Shown: piece by piece, positions 8,847 through 18,237 of the stretch
Layout: the number at the start of each line of letters is the position of its first letter
Numbering within the stretch: position 1 is the stretch's first letter
Assembly: GCF_000253055.1 (NCBI RefSeq)
Contig: NC_016070.1
Span: 1,809,543 to 1,841,542 of the forward strand
Source: Thermoproteus tenax Kra 1
Lineage (GTDB): Archaea; Thermoproteota; Thermoprotei; Thermoproteales; Thermoproteaceae
Length of the DNA: 32,000 nucleotides
Direction of reading: 5' to 3'
The notes under the pieces: generated by a model
Seen by the model: the letters and a program-made list of their open reading frames with translations, nothing else
Database searches by the model: none
Told to the model about the DNA's origin: nothing
Translations under genes and position numbers: made by a program

Positions 8847-9393
8847 ATCTTTTATAGCAGTCGACGTAACCGCCAAGGCCGTTATAGAGGCCGTATCGAG
8901 GCTACAGAGAGAGCTTTTGAGCACGGGGGCCGATCTGAAGCCAGTGGAGCTCCACAACCTTCATTTGACTCTCATCTTCTTGGGGGAACAGCCCAAGCGG
9001 ACATTAGACGAAGTAGCGAAAAAGTTGGAGCAATTAAACTTTAGGAGGTTCGAGGTAGAGTTCAGAGGCGTCGGAGCGTTCCCTAACTCGTCGAGCCCGC
9101 GCGTGATATGGGTGGACGTAGGCAGAGGCCGCCGGGAGCTCGTCGACTTGGCGCACGCGGTGAGAGAGCTTGTGAGAGATATAGCGAGGGAGGACGAGGA
9201 ATTCACGCCGCATTTAACCATCGCTAGGGTTAAGGGGCCGAGAAACAAGGAGAAACTGGCCGAGATGATAGGTAGACACAGCTCGGACGTATTCGGAGCT
9301 GTCGAGGTCTCTGAGGTCAAGCTCAAGAGATCCATCTTAACGCCGCGGGGTCCCATCTATAGCGATCTATACGTGAAAAGGCTGTCCGCGTGA
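8830..9393 (+). CDS. ligT: RNA 2',3'-cyclic phosphodiesterase / 2'-5' RNA ligase (2H family)
   Basis: Two H-x-T-x motifs (HLTLIFLG and HLTIARV), 187 aa. Confidence 0.9.
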   Translation: MSEPIRSFIAVDVTAKAVIEAVSRLQRELLSTGADLKPVELHNLHLTLIFLGEQPKRTLDEVAKKLEQLNFRRFEVEFRGVGAFPNSSSPRVIWVDVGRGRRELVDLAHAVRELVRDIAREDEEFTPHLTIARVKGPRNKEKLAEMIGRHSSDVFGAVEVSEVKLKRSILTPRGPIYSDLYVKRLSA

Positions 9394-10682
9394 TGACTAT
9401 AGAGGAAGTCCTCAGAGAGGCGTCTGCGCTTGTGACGCCCGGGCCCGAGTTGGCCAAGGAGGCTAGGGAGATCTCGACTCGCTTCACAGAGTACGTGGAG
9501 AGCTTGTTGTTGAGACTCGGCATTGAGGGAGAGGTGAAGCCCCTGGGCTCCTCCGCTAGGGACACATGGCTACCTGAGAGCGCCGATGTTGATATATTTA
9601 TAATTCTACCCAGGAGGTACGAGAGAGGGCTCATAGACGCCTTGGTTGAAAAAATAAAGGCTGAGATGCTCAGAGACGGCATAGTCGCTGAGACAAGATA
9701 TGCAGAACATCCCTATGTTGTCGTCCGCGAGGGCAGATGGGAAGTCGACGTAGTCCCATGCTTTCAGATCTCGCCCGGCGAGAGGCCTCTCACAGCTGCG
9801 GACAGATCCCCGCTCCATCACGCATATCTCTCCGCGAGGCTCGACGAACGGCTGAGGCTGGAGGTAAGGCTGTTGAAGAGGTTCTTAAAGACCATTGGCG
9901 TCTACGGAGCCGAGGTGAAAGTGGAGGGATTCTCCGGCTATCTGGCTGAGCTCTTGACTGTACACTTCGGGTCCTTCATTTCAGTTTTGAAGAACGCCGC
10001 GACTTGGAGGCCCTACCGAACGGTGATAGATCCAGCGGGCCACTACGGGGATCCCCGCGAGCTTCGGAGAAAGTTCAAGAGTCCCCTCGTCGTAGTAGAT
10101 CCAGTAGATCCCAATAGGAATGTGGCCGCGGCGGTTTCCTTGACATCGTTTTCCACCTTCGTGCTTGCCGCCAGAAGGTTCCTCAAGAGCCCCTCTCTGT
10201 CCTATTTTGTCCCAAGGCGTAGCGACAGCTACGTGCCAGTGCCAGCCTTGGTGATCAGGTTTGAATATCCGCATAAATCGCCTGACGTCGTCTGGGGCAT
10301 GTTTAAACGGTATGCAAGAGCGCTCGCCAACAAGCTAGAGGAGTGCGGATTCAAAGTGATGAGGGTTGGCGTTGATAGCGATGAGAGGACGTACGTGGAC
10401 GTGGCTTTACTCCTCGAGTCGCTTCGCTTGCCGGAGTTCGAGCTACATAGAGGCCCTCCGGCGTACAGCGAGTCGGCGGATAAATTCGTGGAGAAATATC
10501 TGGGCCAAGACGTGGTGGGTCCCTTCGTTGAGGGCACGCGCGTGTACGTTATACGTCGCAGGAAGGTGCAAGATGCCGAGATGTGTATAAAGAAGGCGCT
10601 GAAAGAGCTGGGTCTCTCGCCCACTGAGATAAAACTCGGCGTATACCCGCCCCTCTCTGGAGGGAACCCCTGGATAACTTAA
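9390..10682 (+). CDS. cca: CCA-adding tRNA nucleotidyltransferase (archaeal class I)
   Basis: GSSARDTWLPESADVDIFI nucleotidyltransferase motif, 430 aa, 4-nt overlap with ligT. Confidence 0.9.
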   Translation: MMTIEEVLREASALVTPGPELAKEAREISTRFTEYVESLLLRLGIEGEVKPLGSSARDTWLPESADVDIFIILPRRYERGLIDALVEKIKAEMLRDGIVAETRYAEHPYVVVREGRWEVDVVPCFQISPGERPLTAADRSPLHHAYLSARLDERLRLEVRLLKRFLKTIGVYGAEVKVEGFSGYLAELLTVHFGSFISVLKNAATWRPYRTVIDPAGHYGDPRELRRKFKSPLVVVDPVDPNRNVAAAVSLTSFSTFVLAARRFLKSPSLSYFVPRRSDSYVPVPALVIRFEYPHKSPDVVWGMFKRYARALANKLEECGFKVMRVGVDSDERTYVDVALLLESLRLPEFELHRGPPAYSESADKFVEKYLGQDVVGPFVEGTRVYVIRRRKVQDAEMCIKKALKELGLSPTEIKLGVYPPLSGGNPWIT

Positions 10683-10717
10683 AGATTTTGAGGCATGAAT
10701 TTAAATTTCGAAGAAAA

Positions 10718-11140
10718 ATGAATGCCATGGATGTATACACTTTGAAGTTCTACAAGAGGGCATCGGACTTCCTCGCGGAGTTAGATAGAGAAATAGCAGA
10801 TCTGGAGAACTCCACGAGGGCTCTCGGCGCCGAGGTTGAGCAATTGAAATCCGCCGCCGATAAGTATATGAAGATCCAGAACCTAGTGAAGAAGTTCGGA
10901 GGGGGAGAGACGGAGCACCCGCCTGTCGAGGTAACGGGTCTAGGCATATATATAGAGCCGAGCCCGTCCACGAAGTACAATATCTACGTCCAGTCCTATT
11001 CCCATATGCTCGACCTACTCTCTGTACTAAAGAAGGTGAGGGAGGTGGCAGGGGCCGTGATAAAGGAGGGAGATCTGTCGGAGGCTCCTGTGGCGGTTCA
11101 GTTTAAACAGGGAGTGCCCGTCAAGCTAATTATTCTGTAA
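10718..11140 (+). CDS. Hypothetical protein with N-terminal coiled coil
   Basis: Long ORF with coding-like composition. The ATG at 10718 is preferred over the listed upstream start at 10688. No family was recognised. Confidence 0.5.
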   Translation: MNAMDVYTLKFYKRASDFLAELDREIADLENSTRALGAEVEQLKSAADKYMKIQNLVKKFGGGETEHPPVEVTGLGIYIEPSPSTKYNIYVQSYSHMLDLLSVLKKVREVAGAVIKEGDLSEAPVAVQFKQGVPVKLIIL

Positions 11141-11927
11141 GAATTAAACGTCGGAAGGTTACCCCTCCGACTATTATAGGTGCATTCTTCTCAACGCCTA
11201 ACCTACGCGCCAATACATCGCATTTTGCGCGGAACAGCAAAAGCGCAGGCTTCCCGAGGCCCCACTCAAGGTACGCCTCGGCGTTTGCTATGCCCTTGGC
11301 TATCAAGAAGCCGCCCTCAAGCCACCTAATAGGCGATATATTGCCGGGCGTCCTCAGCTGGCTTCCCAGCGGGAGCGAGTCCCCCATTGTGTCTATCTCA
11401 TACGGCTCAGACCTCACAACGGATGTCACCGATATTCCGTTCCTCTCCAGGGCTTGTATAACGACGTAGTCGATCTGAGCCTCGCCCTCGTTGTCAAGGA
11501 CGTAGAGGACTCTCTCCGGTATCCTCTCCGGTATCTCCTCTATCGCTGGCTCGTCCCAGATAGCCAGCTCTAGCTTCTTAGGCTTATAACCTAAGACGTT
11601 TGAGTCGATTATATTGGCGGCTGCGGCGATGCGCAGAGCCATCTTGAGGTCCCATCCGCTTGCCTCTAACTTCCTCTCTACGATAGACGCGACCTCCCTC
11701 CCTATTTCAACGAGCCTCTTCTTATATTCTGCGTATGGATCTTGTGAGCTCAACAGCCTGGCCACCTCCCTGAAGCTCTCCGCGAAGGCCTCGCTCCTGC
11801 TCCCCTTTTGTATCGCCTCAGAGAGATACGAAAGTAGCTTGGGCAGATTGTGGACGCCCCCCAGCTTTATTAGATCAGAGGTTCTGGACTGAATAAGGCA
11901 GAGCTTGCATTCATTCTCAAGCCACAT
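11130..11927 (-). CDS. DUF89 family damage-control phosphatase (ARMT1-like)
   Basis: N-terminal C-x2-C (CKLCLIQSR) and the metal-site motif LDNEGEAQIDYV (DN-x-GE...D). Confidence 0.65.
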   Translation of the reverse strand: MWLENECKLCLIQSRTSDLIKLGGVHNLPKLLSYLSEAIQKGSRSEAFAESFREVARLLSSQDPYAEYKKRLVEIGREVASIVERKLEASGWDLKMALRIAAAANIIDSNVLGYKPKKLELAIWDEPAIEEIPERIPERVLYVLDNEGEAQIDYVVIQALERNGISVTSVVRSEPYEIDTMGDSLPLGSQLRTPGNISPIRWLEGGFLIAKGIANAEAYLEWGLGKPALLLFRAKCDVLARRLGVEKNAPIIVGGVTFRRLILTE

Positions 11928-12930
11928 TGTTTAGGACTTCGGCGACTTTTAATATATCCTCCCTTGTGACATCGCCCATAACGCCGACTCTGACGACTTT
12001 GTCCTTGTAGGGCCCCATGCCGGCGCTTGCCACATAGCCGGCATCCCTCAGAGACTTAAGGGCGCTCTTCACATCGTTGACGAAGAACGCGGCAACCGTG
12101 TTGCTCCTGAAGCGAGGCTCTGGCACAGGCTTAAGCTTTACAGATCCATAAAGCAGATCCATGCGTTCCCTGTGCATTTCGACGTATCTTTCGAGCCCGA
12201 GCCCCAAGATGTACTCCAGAGATGCCTCAAGTGCGTAGATCACAGATATGGGGGGCGTATAGGGGGTATCTAGAGTTGAGGGGACCTTTAAGTACCCCTT
12301 GAGGTCCATGGCCGGAGGGACCCCGCTTCTCGCGGCCGGCTCGGCGTTGAGGAAAAGGATCGCCGCGCCGGGGGGCGCCATGAAGGCCTTGTGCGACGCA
12401 GTCGCCACCACGTCTATACCCGGGGGCAGAGGCTCCGCAGGCATGCCCGAGACGCTGTCCACCAACAACAGAGCCCCGTGGCTTTTCACTACGTCGGCCA
12501 CCTTAGCTAACTGTTTATATGCTATCCCCATGCTGGTCTCGTTGTGGACTAGGGCGACAGCCTTAACTTCTCCCATTTTTCTTATCTTGTCGTCGACTTC
12601 CTCAGGCTCAGGCGGTCTCTGCACCTCCCACTCATACACCTCGGCGCCTCGAGACCTCAGAGACGCGGTTAGCCTCTTGCCGAACTCGCCGAATACTATG
12701 GACAACACTCTGTCACCTGGATTTACGTAGTTATAGACCATTGTATCAACCGCCAGAGTGCCTGTGCCGGGCATTATAACCGGGGTGCCCGAATACACCT
12801 TCGATATTCTGTCAAGAACGGACTTGAGGCTCTGTTTAAACTCCTCAGATCTGTGGAACGCCGGCTGTCTGTACATCGCCTTGATGACGAAGTCGGGGAG
12901 CTGTATCGGGCCCGGTGTTAAGTACTTCAT
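11917..12930 (-). CDS. Class V aminotransferase (serine-pyruvate / phosphoserine aminotransferase-like)
   Basis: PLP lysine context TASHKAFMAPPG and a glycine-rich PGTGT loop. It overlaps the serA-like gene by 4 nt. Confidence 0.8.
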   Translation of the reverse strand: MKYLTPGPIQLPDFVIKAMYRQPAFHRSEEFKQSLKSVLDRISKVYSGTPVIMPGTGTLAVDTMVYNYVNPGDRVLSIVFGEFGKRLTASLRSRGAEVYEWEVQRPPEPEEVDDKIRKMGEVKAVALVHNETSMGIAYKQLAKVADVVKSHGALLLVDSVSGMPAEPLPPGIDVVATASHKAFMAPPGAAILFLNAEPAARSGVPPAMDLKGYLKVPSTLDTPYTPPISVIYALEASLEYILGLGLERYVEMHRERMDLLYGSVKLKPVPEPRFRSNTVAAFFVNDVKSALKSLRDAGYVASAGMGPYKDKVVRVGVMGDVTREDILKVAEVLNNVA

Positions 12931-13844
12931 AGCCTCTTAACTGCCTCAAGTATATTTAGAGCCAGCTCCTCAGCCAGCCTATCATAGGCCTCGTATGTCT
13001 CAGAGCCTACGTGTGGCGTCACCACTATTTTCTCGCTTGCCAACAGCTTGCGTACCGTCTCGCTCTTTGGGGGCTCCTCCGGCAGTACGTCCAAGCCGAC
13101 TCCCCACAACCTATCTATATGTTTAGCCAAGGCGTCTATATCGATGACCTCGCCTCTGCTCGTGTTCACTAGTATAGCCCCGTCTTTGATCAACGACAGC
13201 TTCTCGTTGTCGAGGAGTTTATACGTGGCGGGCGTCAACGGGACGTGGACCGAGATCACGTCGCTCTCCCTTAATAGCCTCTCCAGAGGGACTTGGGCGG
13301 CGCCCATCTTGGCCGCCTCTGCCGACACATCGATAATATCCGACGTCACCACCTTCATTCCGAGCGCTAGCCCATATTGGGCGACCGTGCGTCCTATTCT
13401 GCCGAACCCTATGACTCCCAGAGTCTTTCCGAAGAGCTCTTTACCTATATACTTCCCCTTGGGCCAACCGCCGGCTTTTACCTCCTTATCCAACAGAGGT
13501 ATCCTCCTAGCTACTGCCAGGATAAGGCCGAGAGTCAGCTCGGCGGCGCTCCTAGTGGGTGCATTGGGCGCGTTGATCACTGCGATGCCGCGCTTGATGG
13601 CGTAGTCCACAGCTATGTTATCGAGGCCTACCCCATATCGCGCCACTATCTTGAGCCTTGTGCCGCGGTCGATGACCTCCTTATCGACCTTGGTCCTGCT
13701 CCTCACGACAAGTATTTCGTACCCCTCAATGAGTTTGAGAAGGTCCTCGCGCGAGATGCCCGGCCTATAGTCCACCTCGATATTCCCCCTCCTGAGGTGT
13801 TCCACGAGCTTGTCGCTCGTCTGATCCGCTATCAGGACCCTCAT
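12927..13844 (-). CDS. serA: D-3-phosphoglycerate dehydrogenase / D-isomer 2-hydroxyacid dehydrogenase
   Basis: NAD-binding motif GVIGFGRIGRTVA and catalytic-domain motifs (NTSRG, PHVGS). The second ATG at 13844 is preferred because the TATA box at 13865-13876 is only ~10 nt from the listed ATG at 13856. Confidence 0.85.
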   Translation of the reverse strand: MRVLIADQTSDKLVEHLRRGNIEVDYRPGISREDLLKLIEGYEILVVRSRTKVDKEVIDRGTRLKIVARYGVGLDNIAVDYAIKRGIAVINAPNAPTRSAAELTLGLILAVARRIPLLDKEVKAGGWPKGKYIGKELFGKTLGVIGFGRIGRTVAQYGLALGMKVVTSDIIDVSAEAAKMGAAQVPLERLLRESDVISVHVPLTPATYKLLDNEKLSLIKDGAILVNTSRGEVIDIDALAKHIDRLWGVGLDVLPEEPPKSETVRKLLASEKIVVTPHVGSETYEAYDRLAEELALNILEAVKRL

Positions 13845-13925
13845 TGGCCCCCTCATGAGGGGGGTTTTTAAAAATACGCCGGACTAATGTACAAGTCATT
13901 TTTAAAATGGTGTGCATTAATTCAT

Positions 13926-13982
13926 TAAATGTGATGATATTACGGTCTACTTAACGATGACGACGAGACCGACTACTGAGTT
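13926..13982 (+). ncRNA. Weak C/D box sRNA candidate
   Basis: GTGATGA (13931-13937), a 12-nt guide, CTTA as a degenerate D', ACGATGA as a degenerate C', a 15-nt guide, then CTGA (13976-13979). There is no D'-C' spacer and the D guide is over-long, which weakens the call. Confidence 0.3.
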
Positions 13983-14014
13983 AAAATATTTTAATGAGTT
14001 GAACTATTTCACCG

Positions 14015-14872
14015 ATGGGAGTCTCAGACTCTATTTACAATGTCCTCAAAACCTTAGTAGAGATATACAATCGACAAAATACTCCTGTTAAATCTAAGGA
14101 GATCGCGGAGGAGCTCAAAGTCCACGAGGGGTATATACGCAATATAATGTCAGTCTTAAAATCGATGGGCCTCGTCTTGAGCAAAGCGGGACCCCACGGA
14201 GGCTATGTGCCGACATCCAAGGCCTACGATATAATCAGCAAACAGACCATGTCCGTGCCTGTGTATCACAACAACAACGTGATAGGCTATGCGCTTGATA
14301 TAACGCTGATAGGGCTGTTGACTGAGAAGCCTCTGGCGTCCGTGAGAGTCTTGGGCGATCTCTCGCCGTATTTAAACAAGGAGGTCAGAGTGGGGCCTCT
14401 GCCGAGCGGCATCGTTATATTGGGCAAACTCGTTAAGGCGGACCTCGAGTCCCTAATCGAGGTGGGCTCCGTGGTCTCAATACCGCACGTGCCTGTGAGC
14501 GAAATAATGACCAGAAAGCCCTTGACCGCCAGGCCGGACGACCCTCTGGAGAAGTATCTCGACGTGTTGTCCAAGAGAAGATATAGAGGAATCCCCGTCG
14601 TGGACGACCAAGGGAGGCCCATCGGGCTGTTAATGACGTCGAAAGTCATCGAGGCGTTGGCCCGTTGCAATCAGAACGTAAAGGTGGGCGATATAATGAC
14701 GACGAACCCGCCAGTGATAAACGCCTCCGACGACATCTATGAGGCGATAGGCTCCATGATATCGAACAACATAGGCAGACTGCTGGTCGTAGACGACGAG
14801 GGCAAGCTGGTCGGTATCGTTACTAGGACAGATATATTGAGTAGAATAGCGTCCCTAGAGCTCATAGGGTGA
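14015..14872 (+). CDS. Transcriptional regulator: N-terminal wHTH (Rrf2-like) plus C-terminal CBS pair
   Basis: The N-terminal EIAEELKVHEGYIRNIMSVLKSMGLV...GPHGGY resembles Rrf2-type HTH. The C-terminus carries two CBS motifs (IPVVDDQGRPIGLL; LLVVDDEGKLVGIVTRTDIL). A TATA box lies at 13981-13994. Confidence 0.7.
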   Translation: MGVSDSIYNVLKTLVEIYNRQNTPVKSKEIAEELKVHEGYIRNIMSVLKSMGLVLSKAGPHGGYVPTSKAYDIISKQTMSVPVYHNNNVIGYALDITLIGLLTEKPLASVRVLGDLSPYLNKEVRVGPLPSGIVILGKLVKADLESLIEVGSVVSIPHVPVSEIMTRKPLTARPDDPLEKYLDVLSKRRYRGIPVVDDQGRPIGLLMTSKVIEALARCNQNVKVGDIMTTNPPVINASDDIYEAIGSMISNNIGRLLVVDDEGKLVGIVTRTDILSRIASLELIG

Positions 14873-15655
14873 GATATTGCAATCAAACTCGGCCTGTTCA
14901 ACCCTTTTGAAGGCCAGATAGCCGGCCACGCGCCTTACGGCCTCGCAGAGGGCCTCCGCAGGGTCTCCCTTCCTCAACATCACCGCGGCGAAGACCGCCA
15001 AAAAAATATCGCCGCTACCCGTGGTATCCTCCACGTCTATGCTGGCGCTGTGCGCATAAAAGATCCGTTTGTTGACTGCCATGTACGCACCCAGAGCGCC
15101 TCTGGTATACAGGACTATACGCCATTTGTCGTTGAACTTAAGTATATCGCGCGGCTCTAGGGCCACATCGTCGTCTGAGAAGTGGAGTATATCTGCCTCA
15201 AGCGGCTCTGTCCTAGAGCGGATGAAGCCTTGTAGATCGACGGCCGAAATGTCTGCGTAGAAATCCACACGCCCGATCTCGTCATAGACGGGGTTTATGA
15301 TGATCAAGGGCGCCTCGAATGTCCCTGATATCTTGACGGTGGGTCTCCTCAAGGCTCTGCTAGCTCTGGGCCTAACTCTGTAGTCAAGCTCGAAGACCGT
15401 GGTCGCGTCGCCCTCGATAAGCTTGGGCCTAACTCCTATCCTCGAGAGCTCCTCCTCTATAAACTTTCTATCTTCGGGTCCCACGACGCCCACAGCCTCG
15501 ACGTCATAGCCCAACGCCGTAAGGGCCATGCCCATGAAATAAGGAGGTCCGCCCATCCTCCTGGCAACTCCCTCGCTCGTTATCACGTAGTCTATAGTGG
15601 GGTTGGCTATCACTATGCTTCTCATCGGGGGCAAATCAATAATTACTTTAAACAT
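14855..15655 (-). CDS. PfkB-family carbohydrate/nucleoside kinase
   Basis: C-terminal PfkB signature DTTGSGDIFLAVFA and an N-terminal GGPP motif. Confidence 0.75.
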   Translation of the reverse strand: MFKVIIDLPPMRSIVIANPTIDYVITSEGVARRMGGPPYFMGMALTALGYDVEAVGVVGPEDRKFIEEELSRIGVRPKLIEGDATTVFELDYRVRPRASRALRRPTVKISGTFEAPLIIINPVYDEIGRVDFYADISAVDLQGFIRSRTEPLEADILHFSDDDVALEPRDILKFNDKWRIVLYTRGALGAYMAVNKRIFYAHSASIDVEDTTGSGDIFLAVFAAVMLRKGDPAEALCEAVRRVAGYLAFKRVEQAEFDCNISPYEL

Positions 15656-15663
15656 CTTCCACT

Positions 15664-16815
15664 ATGCGGCGCAAGACCTTAGCTGTTAGAGGGCATGGAT
15701 GGAGAGATCAGTTCGGCTCCCCTCTGCCCCCTATATACACGACGGCCATCTTTGAGCAAGTGGGGGAGGCGCGCAAGAGCGACAGAGGGGCGGACCTAAA
15801 GTACGCCCGTGAAGAGAACCCAACAGTCAGAGCCTTCGAGAGGGCTGTGGCCCAGTTGGAGCTCGGAGAGGACGCCCTCGCCTTCAACAGCGGAATGGCC
15901 TCAATAACCACTCTCTCTTTCTATCTGCTTAGCTCTGGGGACCTGCTCCTGACGACTAAGGAGGCGTATGGCGCCACTCTGAAGTTCTTTTCTTTTCTGG
16001 AGGGCAAATACGGGGTGAAGGCCGTAAAGGTTTTCCCAGAGACAGACGCTGTGGTCGAGGCAGTCAAGGGGAGGCCCAAAGTGGTCTTCCTGGAGACTAT
16101 TACTAACCCCACTTTGAGAGTCTTGGACGTACCTGAGGTCATCAAGGCTGCGAGAGATATAGGCGCCACCGTGGTGGTCGACAACACCTTTGCAACGCCA
16201 GTGTTGGCCAATCCCCTGGGATGGGGTGCCGACTACGTAGTTCATTCAGCCACAAAGTACATAGCAGGACACAACGATGTAGTAGGGGGAGTTGTAGTGG
16301 GCAAACGGATTGAGTTGGAGTTGTGGAGCCATCGGGCGATGCTCGGAAGCATTATGCAGCCGTTTGAGGCCTTCCTCTGCCTAAGAGGCATGAAGACGTT
16401 GTTCCAGCGCGTTGAGGCCCAGAGCAAGAGCGCCATGGCCATAGCCGAGTTCCTCTCGGAGCACAGCAAAGTCAAGGAAGTCCTATACCCAGGCCTTCCC
16501 ACGCATCCCAACCACGATGTAGCAAGAAGGCTGTTCGGAGGACTTTACGGCGGGGTGCTCTCCTTCAGAGTGAGGGGAGGCAGAAGAGAGGTGGAGAGGG
16601 TCTTGTCGTCCCTAAAGCTTATAACACCGAGCCCCAGCCTTGGCGGCACAGAGACTATAGCCACCTATCCTATCTTAAGCGCCGCCTCGCCGATACCTGA
16701 GGAGGACAGAAGGGAGTTAGGCATAACCGAGGACTTGATAAGGCTCTCGGTGGGTCTTGAGGACGTAGAGGACTTGATAGAGGATCTAGATCAAGCGCTA
16801 AAGTCCATCAACTGA
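15664..16815 (+). CDS. Cys/Met-metabolism PLP enzyme (cystathionine gamma-synthase / beta-lyase family)
   Basis: PLP-lysine motif HSATKYIAGHNDV and C-terminal SLGGTETI...RLSVGLED. Confidence 0.9.
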   Translation: MRRKTLAVRGHGWRDQFGSPLPPIYTTAIFEQVGEARKSDRGADLKYAREENPTVRAFERAVAQLELGEDALAFNSGMASITTLSFYLLSSGDLLLTTKEAYGATLKFFSFLEGKYGVKAVKVFPETDAVVEAVKGRPKVVFLETITNPTLRVLDVPEVIKAARDIGATVVVDNTFATPVLANPLGWGADYVVHSATKYIAGHNDVVGGVVVGKRIELELWSHRAMLGSIMQPFEAFLCLRGMKTLFQRVEAQSKSAMAIAEFLSEHSKVKEVLYPGLPTHPNHDVARRLFGGLYGGVLSFRVRGGRREVERVLSSLKLITPSPSLGGTETIATYPILSAASPIPEEDRRELGITEDLIRLSVGLEDVEDLIEDLDQALKSIN

Positions 16816-16840
16816 TTTAAGTAGAGGCCAACAAGCTCAT

Positions 16841-17257
16841 ATGAGAGTCGTCAGAACGGGTCTGCCGGTGACCGAGCTCCTAAACGAGCTCAGATCGGAC
16901 CTACAGAGGGACGACTTGGAGGCGATGCAGAGGATACCTGCGCCGAAGGCTGGCGAGAGGTATAGAGACATAATAGCCGAGCTGTTCACCAAGTTCGGCG
17001 CTGCGGCTGTATATATCTACGTCAAAACCTCAAGGGGGGAGAAGCGGTATACAGTGCTCGCGCGTTATGACTGGTCGCTCGGAGGCTTCGCCGAGGGCTG
17101 GATTATTGAGGGCGACCAAGTCAGAATTTTCGAGCCAATTGGGATCAGCCTCAGCCAATTCGGCGCCACGTTGGAGGAGTTCGGCGACTTGTTCTGGAGG
17201 ACGGAGAATGCGCTGGCGGCTAGAAAAGTTGAGGCCGCTGGAAGGGAGACCCTCTAG
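16841..17257 (+). CDS. Hypothetical protein
   Basis: 138-aa ORF with normal composition. No family was recognised. Confidence 0.45.
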   Translation: MRVVRTGLPVTELLNELRSDLQRDDLEAMQRIPAPKAGERYRDIIAELFTKFGAAAVYIYVKTSRGEKRYTVLARYDWSLGGFAEGWIIEGDQVRIFEPIGISLSQFGATLEEFGDLFWRTENALAARKVEAAGRETL

Positions 17258-17961
17258 CTTATTTTTATCGACGCCTCTCCTACGGGCATAACGTAGTCGA
17301 TAATGGTCCTTCTGACCTCGTCGCCGCTCTTCAACGCCACCGTCGAGAGCTTGCGTTTGAGCGTCCAGTTTATCTCCACCAACTGCCCGAAGAAGCCTGT
17401 GTTGCCTCCGTCGAATATTAGCGCGTTGACGCCCAACTTAAATGGCACATGTTGCTTGATCCTTCGCTCAGAGAGCGAATATACGACGGAGTCGAAGGTC
17501 TTATACCTTAGACCCTCGTCTGGGCTCAATATGAGATTCCTGCCGTCGTGGAAATGCAGTTGTATCCTATTGCCGGACACGTAGTTCTTCCCCTCTACTC
17601 GGAGAAGCTTGAGGTCGGCTTCGCCACTGGATATAGCCACCGGCCTTATGTACTTCACGGGGTCCGGCACTATCCTGTAGACTTCGCCAGTGGGCACTAT
17701 CTCCACTATGTCCATGACCCCTACAGGGAATTTATACTCCCTCCGCACTCTGCCGTCAACTTTTATATAGCCTCGCGAGATTATATACCTTGCCTCTCTC
17801 AGAGTTTTGGCGTATCGTAACAAGTCTCTGACAAAGATGGCAAGGGGCATGGACCTATGGAGCTTATGCGGTCCCGTGACAGGCCTTACGGTCCATACGC
17901 CGCCCTCCTTCCTTGCTATTGGCCACCACGCCGGGGATGCCGCGCGTCGAAGATGGGGCAT
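17254..17961 (-). CDS. rps4e: 30S ribosomal protein S4e
   Basis: N-terminus HLRRAASPAWWPI...GPHK, an S4 domain, and KOW-like segments. 235 aa. Confidence 0.9.
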   Translation of the reverse strand: MPHLRRAASPAWWPIARKEGGVWTVRPVTGPHKLHRSMPLAIFVRDLLRYAKTLREARYIISRGYIKVDGRVRREYKFPVGVMDIVEIVPTGEVYRIVPDPVKYIRPVAISSGEADLKLLRVEGKNYVSGNRIQLHFHDGRNLILSPDEGLRYKTFDSVVYSLSERRIKQHVPFKLGVNALIFDGGNTGFFGQLVEINWTLKRKLSTVALKSGDEVRRTIIDYVMPVGEASIKIS

Positions 17962-17983
17962 GCCCCACCCTTCAGGAGGCTTT

Positions 17984-18193
17984 TTAAGACTTTTCCTCGG
18001 CAGAGGAGTACTTCCGGTAGAGTATAGGCGCTATTATCCCTACGGCTATCCCCAAACCTCCTAGAGCAACGTCGCGGATGACTATGTCGTTTGATAACAC
18101 ATTAGCTAGAGATATGTCGTTAATGATTATGATAAGGCCCGTAAGCGCGGCCACTGCGCTTAATACATAGACTAGCACTGAACGCGCGCTCAT
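17984..18193 (-). CDS. Small membrane protein (2 TM)
   Basis: Two hydrophobic helices and an ATG start, with a TATA box ~23 nt upstream. Confidence 0.45.
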   Translation of the reverse strand: MSARSVLVYVLSAVAALTGLIIIINDISLANVLSNDIVIRDVALGGLGIAVGIIAPILYRKYSSAEEKS

Positions 18194-18210
18194 GCTATCA
18201 GAAGCAACCC

Positions 18211-18220
18211 CTTTATTTAA
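18211..18220. promoter_or_regulatory. Single AT-rich TATA-like box shared by divergent genes
   Basis: CTTTATTTAA is the only AT-rich box in the 44-nt intergenic region. It is centred ~23 nt from the ATG at 18193 (minus) and ~22 nt from the GTG at 18238 (plus). Confidence 0.4.
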
Positions 18221-18237
18221 CGTATTGTCTTACGTGC

